64,000 bases of DNA from Cenarchaeum sp. Lineage in GTDB: Archaea; Thermoproteota; Nitrososphaeria; Nitrososphaerales; Nitrosopumilaceae. The DNA lies in the NCBI GenBank assembly GCA_965242695.1, contig CBDESU010000001.1:1216001-1280000 (forward strand), read 5' to 3'. Below are positions 50,501 to 58,210 of the stretch, in pieces. The translations under genes were made by a program, and so were the position numbers. Every line of letters starts with the position of its first letter. Position 1 is the first letter of the stretch. A model generated the notes under the pieces. It worked only from the letters and a program-made list of their open reading frames with translations, was not told the DNA's origin and did no database searches.

Positions 50501-50624
50501 TGTTCCCGGTCAAGGTCCCGTCAATGATCGACTGCATCGCATCCGTGTGCCTGTCTGCAGGGGCCATCGTATCCAAGTCAGCAGTACCTCCCAACCATCC
50601 TGACGGTCGCATCATGGAGACCAT
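47598..50624 (-). CDS. Ski2/Hel308-like SF2 helicase homolog with degenerate motifs (HamB-like)
   Basis: Ordered remnants PAGHEKA, VATYEEL, IIDEAC, ALTT, GVAFDD, EMAGRAG, PTDFG; probable start ATG 50567. Confidence 0.75.
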   Translation of the reverse strand: MVSMMRPSGWLGGTADLDTMAPADRHTDAMQSIIDGTLTGNRASYEEAAVALEDMADAGELPRGDEFYATICSALCYDMARMRCDAVRMYRLLEQRYSGEFEYIVGSPAHSRRLVEGLALLGVGGGSGLLASALDETSRWLHAKASPERGIDHDSPDDYKLFFALLNLLCRFFGAPGRRGSDGSAKDLAERAGRFYNDLLRYFPDPPLGFMVSLYLRLVEATYDHSVSRLGLADGMGAALWMSGRYALTPPEEAAVEAGLIGRASMVCRLPAGHEKALLSCLCLAAPSNGGGRVAYLAANEQAVERAYGGIVGLIGADRGGGDERRDDGPHGLHRDGLGSGGHFVATYEELGTRLSAGSIEVSDLAAVIIDEACDLDEDCGGNGALDLEMLIARLRSAGSSCPQIVALTTLASADVAKKMASWLGAKVVDACGAEGRPGCAVIGTRESVCHNGMLYFRSAPGSHEPLPRDLRCGGGDAGRPDAASLCARFARRAVVDDSPVLISVPPGSDVIGFASEVASQLRRIEGDDLDMGEAAGKKAALRQSLVGRPAIGAGIEYCGTGSESPLASGVAFDDERLPPAFRKAVMRGVEGGAISALVSSSVPCTRDAPSPFKTVLLCRPAASGEIPTAFEYARATEMAGRAGLDRKGETIVAAASQAEYDVLRRSLWDVAPSVTSGLGGSRDDLRPRIALHLIRMVKELGGATPGDMASRISATWFWASSSASDKAALDETIRGLLDELVALDLVVRDARGTSAGHIYRPTDFGNLVCESHLPVLHAASTVRKLRGIRDDDDAPALQLCSDLALGGMGSSACPSPDQRTSCDTKAGGGAHPSRLVAAKSEAVASARMLLGLADLLNGMPEPAGGACEAVSRAAVRCMSNSFGAAAPLLARCAAKTERERAEFLMSRLAAAAPRLREISPQCDSPPLGLDADRLGDAGSADALLADPDAAQEFYSFEAMTFVAAPLSPEGSRGRQAHAGALRGTWKWWAAVPSGGRPRPARRPRGRP

Positions 50625-51396
50625 CGATGCTGGTTATGACGGCCTCTACAGGGTTCGCTATGCCTCGCAGCATGCCAGGGCCGAGGCTGCCGCGGATCGA
50701 CCCCGCATCGACCCCGTGCCGCGCGTCGAGTGCCACTACCGCGTTGGCCGATACGCTCCATTCGGACAGGGCCTTTTTCAGGACCTCCGCCATGCGGAGC
50801 AGGGCGGCTGTCCCGGCGGGGGACAGGTGCGTTGCGCCGCCGAGCCTTGCCGCCTCGACACAGCGCCTGCGCAGCCACAGGAGCCATTCCCGCGTGTGGC
50901 GATCGGGGCTCTGCCGGAACGCGGCGGCGATCGCTGCCGATACGCCGGACGAAGCGCCCCTTCCGGGGCGCAGCGCATGCAGGTGCTTTGACTCGTTGAC
51001 CGAAAGCATGCCCCCCTTGCGCATGACAATGTCGATCCCCTTGGAGGCGCTAGTGCCCGCATGCCGCCACTTCGAGTAGAACGGCTCGCCGTAGCCACAC
51101 GCTTCCAGGACCGCTTCGGCCACGATCTCTCCTATGAGCCCCTTCAGATCGGCCGCAGAGATGCCGCGCCGATCTCCCTCTATTGGCATCCGGCCTAGGA
51201 AGAAGGACACCTCGTCTTCCGCATTCGCCTCGCTGCGCATGGTCCGCGTTGCGAGGGCTTCCTCCACTAGCGATCCTAGCCAATCCCCTATGCTGCGGCC
51301 ATCCCTCCTTGCCGCACCGCCTACATGCACCACCATAAGCCGGCCGTCTAGGCAGTGTCCGCTACCGATCGTGCCGCATGCAAGGAATGCTCCCAC
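50578..51396 (-). CDS. HamA/DUF1837-like PD-(D/E)XK nuclease
   Basis: KGLIGEIVAE..YSKWR..SKGIDIV..LSVNESKH; GTG 51396 follows AT-rich CATACATTA. Confidence 0.7.
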   Translation of the reverse strand: MGAFLACGTIGSGHCLDGRLMVVHVGGAARRDGRSIGDWLGSLVEEALATRTMRSEANAEDEVSFFLGRMPIEGDRRGISAADLKGLIGEIVAEAVLEACGYGEPFYSKWRHAGTSASKGIDIVMRKGGMLSVNESKHLHALRPGRGASSGVSAAIAAAFRQSPDRHTREWLLWLRRRCVEAARLGGATHLSPAGTAALLRMAEVLKKALSEWSVSANAVVALDARHGVDAGSIRGSLGPGMLRGIANPVEAVITSIDGLHDATVRMVGRYC

Positions 51397-52034
51397 GCCT
51401 AGCCCTGACAGCGGCCTTCTAATGTATGTTGCCCCAGCCGCAGGCGTGCGCTGACCGCCCGTCGCATGCTCCAGACCAGGGCAACACCATCGGCCCCTCG
51501 CATGGCACGCAACCCCCGCACGTGCTGGCCGCGCAGAACCCGCAGGCACCTGCAATCCGACGGCTTCTGCCCCTTTTTTCCTGAACGGGAGGCAGCGGCG
51601 CATCCGCGGGCCCGACCACGATCTCGCGTGCGATATTCTGCCCTGCCCGCATGCGTGAGCAGTCTTCAAGGACGGCTCCCGAGCCGCCGGTGCACCCGAC
51701 GGGGAGGCTGTGAAAATCGGGCGCAGGCCATGACATGAATCTCGCGGCCGCATGCTGCCCGTCGCCTGCCGGCCGGCGCGCCTGTCCATTTCACCGCGTC
51801 TCCCGCAGGTGGCGCGACGGCGCAGGTGGCGCCACACAGCTGCAACCCCAAGGCAAAAAAAAAGCCTTCGGCGAGTCTTGGGAGCCGCGCCCGTCGGGGG
51901 CCGGCACCCCTACAGGCGTGCGCAGTGTCATGGCCGCATGCCGCCCGGCCGCACCGGGAGGCGCCCTACCCGCCCATGCGAGCAGGGGCGCGGCGCAGGC
52001 GCACGCTGTCGTCCCCGCCGGTCGGAGGGCGCCC

Positions 52035-52427
52035 CTAGTCGAGCGCGTCGGCATCCTGCGAGCGGGCCTCTTCAAGGTACGCGCGGCGCTCGGCGTTCAC
52101 CCGATCCTGGTCGATGCGCATGTCGTCGTCGACTATGACAATGCTGTTGTTTGAAAAAGAATCGGTTCGCGGACGCGCCCTTGTCTTGGAGCGCGCCCGC
52201 GGCCGCTTCGTCGTAGATCCGGAGGCCGCCTTTGGCTTTGCCTTCGGCTTGGCCTTGGGCTTTGCCGCGGCCTTTGCCTTGGGCTTTGCCGCGGCCTTTG
52301 CCTTCGGCTTGGCCTTGGGCTTTGCCGCGGCCTTTGCCTTCGGCTTGGCCTTGGGCTTTGCCTTGGCCTTGGGTTTGGTGGCGGTCTTGGCCTTCTTGGC
52401 CCGGCCGCCCGCCTTGGCTGCTGCCAT
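52035..52427 (-). CDS. histone H1-like Lys/Ala/Pro-rich protein with acidic C-terminal domain
   Basis: (KPKAKAAA)n then IVIVDDDMRIDQD..AERRAYLEEARSQ; CTTAAAT 30 nt upstream. Confidence 0.8.
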   Translation of the reverse strand: MAAAKAGGRAKKAKTATKPKAKAKPKAKPKAKAAAKPKAKPKAKAAAKPKAKAAAKPKAKPKAKPKAASGSTTKRPRARSKTRARPRTDSFSNNSIVIVDDDMRIDQDRVNAERRAYLEEARSQDADALD

Positions 52428-52496
52428 TGTTGCGCGGCAAAATCGCGTGGATTTAAGGCTAGCGGGGGCAGCGATCGCAGGCAAGTTGCGGCCGGT

Positions 52497-52566
52497 CGGC
52501 GGCGCGGTCAGGGGCGGCGGCGCGGTCAGGGGCGGCGGCGCGGTCAGGGGCGGCGGCGCGGGCAGG
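52497..52566. repeat. 18-bp tandem repeat x3.8, intergenic
   Basis: cggcggcgcggtcagggg. Confidence 0.85.
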
Positions 52567-52643
52567 CCCGGCGGCGGGACGGGCCGGCCCCCGCCCCCGC
52601 CCCCACGCCGCGGCGCGCCCCTGGCGCGCCCGGTTTCCCTCCG

Positions 52644-53054
52644 ATGCCCGGCGGCGCCAGCGTCGGGGGCGCCGCAAAGGCAATTAAGTGCGCGGGGCGG
52701 GGGCGGTGCACGGCGCCACACGGGTATCGCGACAGGATCTTCATTCGCAAGGACATCATACTCACCCTTGCAGAGTACGGAAGGCTCAACGCCACGAACC
52801 TGGCATCGAGTTGCGGCCTGAACATGCTAAAGCACAGGGGCATACTCGATGACCTCGAGGAAAAGGGCATCATCGGTTCGTCCGTCGAGAAGGGCAGGGG
52901 AAGGGACGTCACGTACTACCACGTGACCGAAAAGGGCCTAGAGTTCTGCTCGCGCGTGCTCGACCCGTACGAGGAGATGTTCCCAAGGAGGGGCAGGGGC
53001 GGGAGGGGTTTTAATCCCGGAGGGGGTGGCGACGGTGGGAGGGAGCGGGAATGA
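52644..53054 (+). CDS. winged-helix transcriptional regulator (COG3432/HTH_45-like)
   Basis: YRDRIFIRKDII..CGLN..LDDLEEKGII..YHVTEKG; true start may be at 52710 (ACG). Confidence 0.85.
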   Translation: MPGGASVGGAAKAIKCAGRGRCTAPHGYRDRIFIRKDIILTLAEYGRLNATNLASSCGLNMLKHRGILDDLEEKGIIGSSVEKGRGRDVTYYHVTEKGLEFCSRVLDPYEEMFPRRGRGGRGFNPGGGGDGGRERE

Positions 53055-54118
53055 CGCAGGCTGACGGGGGCGGGCAGCGCGGCGGCGGGACCGAGGGCGG
53101 GTCCGGCCGCGCCGGCATCACCGAGTCCATCGACAGCCTGATCGCGCACATGAACGCAAGCCGGCGCCTGTACATGGTCCTCATCGCCGCCGCGTTCGTC
53201 ATCGGGCCGGTCTCGGCGGTGTTTGCCGCCGTCGTTCTCCTCCCCGGGATAGCCACCGAGGTAGGCCCCGGCTACGAGCTGAGCGTGGAGTTCGACGAGG
53301 TCACCGGCGACATGTGGGAGTACTACGGCCTGCCGGCCAACCACACGATCGGCACGTACAGCGGCCCGTTCACCGGCAAGATGCTCGGCCACCACACCGA
53401 CGTGGACGGCAACCTGATAACAGGCGCGGGCATGGAGGACGGCGAGTACGGCGTGTTCTACGGCGAGTTCGTCGGCGACTTCGGCGGCGAGCGCGCCGTT
53501 CTGACCGGCGAGATGCTCGGCGAGTTCACCGGCGAGGTGCACAGCATCGCCGACGAGGGCAGGATGCCGGTGACCGACACGGACGACCACCTATACTACG
53601 TCTCGATCGGCGTGTACGAGGGCAGGTTCGACGGCGACTTTCTCGGCATGTTCTTCGGGGCGGCCAACCAGACGGCGCTCGAGGCGGTCGTCGACGGGGG
53701 CAACTTTGGCGAGTACCTGGACGACGGCGCCGCCGGGTCGTACAGCGTCTCGTACGTGCCGGACGGGGAGATCGCGGGGCTGGACGGCGGCGGCGGGGAC
53801 GAAGACTACGAGCCGCGCTTTGCCGCGTACGGGGTCGACGGGGACGGCGTGCACAGGCACACGGACATTACGGCCGCCGTCACGGCCCTCGTCGTGGCTG
53901 TAGCCGGCGCATCGGCCGTCGTCCTGTACGTCGGGATGCGCGAGGCAAGGTTCTACAGGAAGTGGGGCGAGCGGTTCGAGAGGTACGTCAGGACAAGGGA
54001 AGAGGCAGACAGGGAGATGCGCCTCGAGCTGGGCGGCGGAGATGACGAGAACAGGGATGCGGCGGCCGGGGAGGCCACGGCGGCGGCCGGGGAGGCCGAT
54101 GCCGGCAGGCGGCAGTAG
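53051..54118 (+). CDS. membrane protein with a large acidic Gly/aromatic-rich loop
   Basis: Hydrophobic segments at both ends; loop rich in GEFxG motifs; ATGA overlap with the regulator. Confidence 0.8.
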   Translation: MTQADGGGQRGGGTEGGSGRAGITESIDSLIAHMNASRRLYMVLIAAAFVIGPVSAVFAAVVLLPGIATEVGPGYELSVEFDEVTGDMWEYYGLPANHTIGTYSGPFTGKMLGHHTDVDGNLITGAGMEDGEYGVFYGEFVGDFGGERAVLTGEMLGEFTGEVHSIADEGRMPVTDTDDHLYYVSIGVYEGRFDGDFLGMFFGAANQTALEAVVDGGNFGEYLDDGAAGSYSVSYVPDGEIAGLDGGGGDEDYEPRFAAYGVDGDGVHRHTDITAAVTALVVAVAGASAVVLYVGMREARFYRKWGERFERYVRTREEADREMRLELGGGDDENRDAAAGEATAAAGEADAGRRQ

Positions 54119-54124
54119 CGTATA

Positions 54125-54201
54125 TGGTGCCAGGGGCGGGATTTGAACGCGCGACAGCTCGGTCTTCAGCCGAGTGCTCTCCCGGGCTGAGCTACCCTGG
54201 C
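54125..54201 (-). tRNA. tRNA-Phe (GAA), CCA encoded
   Basis: GCCAGGG/CCCTGGC acceptor stem, anticodon arm CTCGG-CTGAAGA-CCGAG, TTCAAAT loop, ACCA end. Confidence 0.96.
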
Positions 54202-54227
54202 ACGGCGCGCCCCGGCCCCGATCCCGA

Positions 54228-54776
54228 TTAAAGGGTATCTTTGGGGCGCCACGGCACGTCGGGCACGCCGGCGCGCGCGTTGGCCGCGCGCGCCATCGCA
54301 AACAGCAGGTCCGAGAGGCGGTTGACATACGGCAGGCAGCAGGGGCCGACGTGCCCGTCGATCGACGCAATGTGCGTCTCGGCGCGGCGCACGGCCGCGC
54401 GCGCAAGGTGCAGCGCGGCCGCGGCGCGCGATCCCCCGGGCAGGACGAACGAGGAGAGCGGCTCGAGCGACTCGTCTAGCGCATCAATGTCGCGCTCGAG
54501 CCGATCCACGTCGCCGGCGGACATACGGACCGGCGCGGCGCTGCCGGGGTCGGGATCGGACAGGTCGGCGCCGACCGAGAACAGCTCGGACTGGAGCCGG
54601 GCCGCGATGGCGGCAAGCGGGCCGCCGGCATCGAGCTCGCATGCGGCCAGGCCGAGCGCGCAGTTGGCCTCGTCGATCGCGCCGTACGCCATTATGCGCG
54701 CGTCCGACTTTGCAACGCGCCGCCCGCCCTGCAGCCCCGTCTCTCCCCCGTCGCCCGTCCTCGTGTAGATTTTCAC
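54228..54776 (-). CDS. pduO: ATP:cob(I)alamin adenosyltransferase, PduO type
   Basis: KIYTRTGDGGETGL, AYGAIDEAN, FVLPGG, RRAE, NRLSDLLF. Confidence 0.95.
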   Translation of the reverse strand: MKIYTRTGDGGETGLQGGRRVAKSDARIMAYGAIDEANCALGLAACELDAGGPLAAIAARLQSELFSVGADLSDPDPGSAAPVRMSAGDVDRLERDIDALDESLEPLSSFVLPGGSRAAAALHLARAAVRRAETHIASIDGHVGPCCLPYVNRLSDLLFAMARAANARAGVPDVPWRPKDTL

Positions 54777-54891
54777 GGCGGCGGGGCGGCGGGCGGCCCC
54801 GTATATCTGCGGCGCAGGGCGCGCCCTGCATGCGCCCGCCTCCGCGCCCGGGGGGCGCAGGGGGCAAGCGCCGCGGCAGGAGCGCGGCGCC

Positions 54892-54990
54892 CTGCCCGGC
54901 GGCCCGCCCCGGCCCCGCCGCCATTTGCGGCCCCGCCGGCCACCCTGCGCAGGTCGTTTCTGCCCGGCGGCCCGCCCCGGCCCCGCCGCC
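54892..54990. repeat. 31-bp direct repeat pair separated by 37 bp
   Basis: ctgcccggcggcccgccccggccccgccgcc at 54892 and 54960. Confidence 0.85.
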
Positions 54991-54991
54991 G

Positions 54992-56473
54992 CTATCCCAT
55001 CAGCAGGTACAGCCAGAGCGGAACGACAGCCGTCCTGTCCCCGATCAGGCCCGTCGTGTCGCGCGAGACGGCCACCGACAGCGGCGGGTCAAAGCGGCGC
55101 GAAAATCGCGACAGGCCGTCCAGATCCTGCTTGTCTACCCGCCGCCTGTACTTGATCTCTATCGGGACGGGGCCCCCGCGCAGCCTTATGACCTGGTCGA
55201 CCTCGGCCTTGCCGCCGTCGTGCCAGTGGTACGGCATGGTATTGGCCGATGAGGGGGCAAGCAGCCTCCACAGCAGCCGCGTGTGCTGGCCGGCCACCGT
55301 CTCGGCCATCATCCCCGTCTCCGCGGGATCGTCGACTTCGTCGGGCCCCGCCGGATGCGCCGTGACGTTGCGCAGACCGACGTCGTTTATGTACACCTTG
55401 TGCGCCTTGCGGTATCGTATTGCAGGGCTGGGGGTGTAAAATCTCGAGTACGACGCAAGGAACGCATGCTCCAAGAGGGCGCAGTACAGGTCGACGGTGT
55501 TTTTTTTGACCCCGAGATCGCTCGACATTCCGTCCTTGTTGATCATGTGCGGGGACCTCCATGAGAGTTGGTAAAAGAGGGCGTCGAGGACGTCTAGGTG
55601 CCTCACTCCGCCGACCCTCGACACGTCCTTGTAGAGGGCGAGGTCCCTGTGCATTCTGATCGTCTCGGCCTTGTCTGCATGGTCCGCTCTGCCGGCCGCC
55701 TTTGGGTATCCCCCGTACAGCATGTATTCGGAAAGGTGCCGCAGGAGATCGTCCTTGGCCGCAGCAAGGTCGAGCGAGGCGCGCCGGACGCCCTCGTAGA
55801 AGGGCCGCGCATCGCCCGCCGCGGCAGACTCGCCGAGGCTCTTGCGCATGCCCGATCCGGCCGCCTCCAGGGCCTCGGCATGCCCGGGATCCCTGAACTC
55901 GACATAGTCGGCAAACCTCATAGTGGGCACCGTCTGGTGCCATACGCGCCCTACGAGTGACTCGGACGAGCCGGCAAATATGTCAGCGCTCGACGATCCA
56001 GACACGACGAATTTTATTGGATGCGACTGGTCCACAATGTTCTTGACTGTGCGCTGCCAGTTGTGGACCAGGTGAATCTCGTCGAGGATGGCATGCACCT
56101 TCCCCCCAAGCTCGTAGAGTGACTCGCCGAGGATGTCGCTAACATACAGCTCAAGCAGGCGCAGCATGTTTCCCTCTTCAGGGACCAGGCCGCGCGCATC
56201 AAAGGTGAGGAACAGTATCCGCTTGGGATCAGTGCCGGACGAGAGAAGATGCTCAATCAGCTGGTACAGCATGGTCGTCTTGCCGACCTGCCGTGCGCCC
56301 AGGATGCCTTGGACGGGCCACTTGCCCAAGTGGCCCACCATGACATGGTAGTCGCGCAGCTTGAACGGGTGCTGCAGTTGCGACGGCATTACTCTCGTCC
56401 TCCACCACGGGTTCAATTGCCGCATAGCCTGCAGCAGTCTTTCGTCGTCAACGCTGTCGCCGTTAAGAGCCAT
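54992..56473 (-). CDS. AAA_14 + DUF4143 ATP-binding protein (COG1373-like)
   Basis: NPWW, GARQVGKTT, ILDEIH, SGSS, SLVGR, GGYP, EVD..PIEIKY. Confidence 0.92.
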   Translation of the reverse strand: MALNGDSVDDERLLQAMRQLNPWWRTRVMPSQLQHPFKLRDYHVMVGHLGKWPVQGILGARQVGKTTMLYQLIEHLLSSGTDPKRILFLTFDARGLVPEEGNMLRLLELYVSDILGESLYELGGKVHAILDEIHLVHNWQRTVKNIVDQSHPIKFVVSGSSSADIFAGSSESLVGRVWHQTVPTMRFADYVEFRDPGHAEALEAAGSGMRKSLGESAAAGDARPFYEGVRRASLDLAAAKDDLLRHLSEYMLYGGYPKAAGRADHADKAETIRMHRDLALYKDVSRVGGVRHLDVLDALFYQLSWRSPHMINKDGMSSDLGVKKNTVDLYCALLEHAFLASYSRFYTPSPAIRYRKAHKVYINDVGLRNVTAHPAGPDEVDDPAETGMMAETVAGQHTRLLWRLLAPSSANTMPYHWHDGGKAEVDQVIRLRGGPVPIEIKYRRRVDKQDLDGLSRFSRRFDPPLSVAVSRDTTGLIGDRTAVVPLWLYLLMG

Positions 56474-56686
56474 ACTGCATGCCCGACCCCATAGCAGTAT
56501 TTAAGTCCTCTATGAAGTCTTTAACAACGAAATAGCTTGTCTGTATGAAGAGTTTAACAGCAAGTATTTTATACCATACTATAGGCTTAATAATGCCAAT
56601 AATAGCTTATATAAAGTCTTAATCGTAGCCATAAACAAAGTTTACAACATTCTTACCAGGATTTGGGCGGATTTGAAATCACATGG

Positions 56687-56783
56687 GGCTTAAAACTGGG
56701 TATTTATGCCCTTATCAATGGCTTAAAACTGGGCATTTATGCCCTTATCAATGGCTTAAAACTGGGCATTTATGCCCTTATCA
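56687..56783. repeat. 33-bp tandem repeat x3 in an AT-rich intergenic region
   Basis: ggcttaaaactggg(t/c)atttatgcccttatcaat at 56687, 56720 and 56753. Confidence 0.95.
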
Positions 56784-56879
56784 GGCTCATACACAGTATT
56801 TTCACCGGCCCGCTGTTCGCAGGCCCGACGCCGATCCCACGTCAAAACCCGTTATATGGCCGGATTGCGGCGGCAATCC

Positions 56880-58133
56880 GTGCAGGGATACGGCAGAAGC
56901 GGCGGGACGGCCGAGGATTGCCACCGGCACGGCCTAGAGCAGGCCAAGAAGGGCGACTTTGCAGGCGCCGCGGCCAGCCACGCCGATGCCGTGCGGCTCG
57001 ACCCCTCGCATGCCGCCGCCCACGAGGAGCGCGGCATGGCGCTGCTCGAGATCAAGAGGTACGCGACGGCGCGCAGGTCGCTTGCGGCGGCCATGCGCCT
57101 TGGCGGGCCCACTCCCGGCCTGTGCATGGCAAGGGGCAGGGCCATGGCGGGGCTGAGCCGGCACAGGGAGGCCGTCAGGTGGTACCGCAGGGCCGCCAAG
57201 ATGGATCCCGCCCTCGTCGAGGCGTACGCAGAGGCGGCGCGCGGGCTGGAGGCGATGGGCATGGTTGACGAGGCAAAGAGGGAGTGCGACAGGGCCATCA
57301 AGGCGCGCCCGTCGAGCGCGGCCGCGTGCCTGATGAAGGCCGACATGCTGGTCCGCTACGAGCGCGACGGCGGGGCGTCCGAGCTGTACGACAGGGCCAT
57401 CGCGCTGGATCCGTCAAGCGCCGAAGCGCATGCGGGTCGGAGCCGCATGCTGTGGAGGGGCGGCGGCGACGAGGAGGGGGCCCTCGCGTCGATTCGCGAG
57501 GCGATCAGGCTGCGCCCCGACAGCGCAGAGCTGCGCCGCATCGAGGGCAGGATGCTGGCAGCGCTTGGCAGGGGTGGCGAGGTGTCCGAGCACCTCGGCC
57601 GCGTGCGCGAGATCTACGCGGGCGACCCGGAGACGCTGTGCGAGATGGCAGAGGCGCTCGAGAAGGACGGGCGTCCGGACGAGGCGCTTGCGGCCTACGG
57701 CGAGGCGGCGGCAGTGTCGGACAACGGCATTGCGCACCTGCTGCGCGGCGAGCTGCACGCAAAGATGGGCAGGCACCGCGAGGCAGTGGCGGACTTTGAC
57801 GAGTCGCTTCGGAGGGGCGAGGGCGGCATCGACGCGCACCTCTACAAGGGGAACTCGCTCAGGGCGCTCGGGGATGTGCTCGGCGCGGCCAGGTCGTACA
57901 AGAGGGCCCTCCGCATGTTTCCCGAATCGGCGGATCTGTGCGAGGGCATGGCCGCGGCGCTCGGCGATCTTGGCAGGGAAGAGGGCGCCGCCAAGTACAG
58001 GGCAAGGGCAAAGACCCGCGCCGCAAGGACGGCGAGCATGATCGAAGGCTTCAAGGGGATGCTCCAGGGCGAGGAAAAGGAAGAGATGTGTGCCGTGGTG
58101 AGGGACTGGACGTTTGACAGGCCGTGGAAGTAG
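56880..58133 (+). CDS. tetratricopeptide repeat protein
   Basis: ~11 more divergent TPRs; GTG 56880 chosen from TTATAT at 56852. Confidence 0.88.
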   Translation: MQGYGRSGGTAEDCHRHGLEQAKKGDFAGAAASHADAVRLDPSHAAAHEERGMALLEIKRYATARRSLAAAMRLGGPTPGLCMARGRAMAGLSRHREAVRWYRRAAKMDPALVEAYAEAARGLEAMGMVDEAKRECDRAIKARPSSAAACLMKADMLVRYERDGGASELYDRAIALDPSSAEAHAGRSRMLWRGGGDEEGALASIREAIRLRPDSAELRRIEGRMLAALGRGGEVSEHLGRVREIYAGDPETLCEMAEALEKDGRPDEALAAYGEAAAVSDNGIAHLLRGELHAKMGRHREAVADFDESLRRGEGGIDAHLYKGNSLRALGDVLGAARSYKRALRMFPESADLCEGMAAALGDLGREEGAAKYRARAKTRAARTASMIEGFKGMLQGEEKEEMCAVVRDWTFDRPWK

Positions 58134-58210
58134 ACGGACGGCCGCGGGCGGCAGGTGCGCCGCGGCCGCGGCGCGCCGTCCGTGCATAAAAAACAGAGCA
58201 GGAGTGCTTC

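Noticed and set aside
56490-56800. Canonical archaeal oriC
   Set aside because: No ORB consensus (TTCCAxTGGAAA plus G-string) and no cdc6/orc1 nearby
56663-57268. 201-aa ORF with GLKLGIYALIN repeats
   Set aside because: Translation of the 33-bp repeat running into a shadow frame of the TPR gene; no independent support
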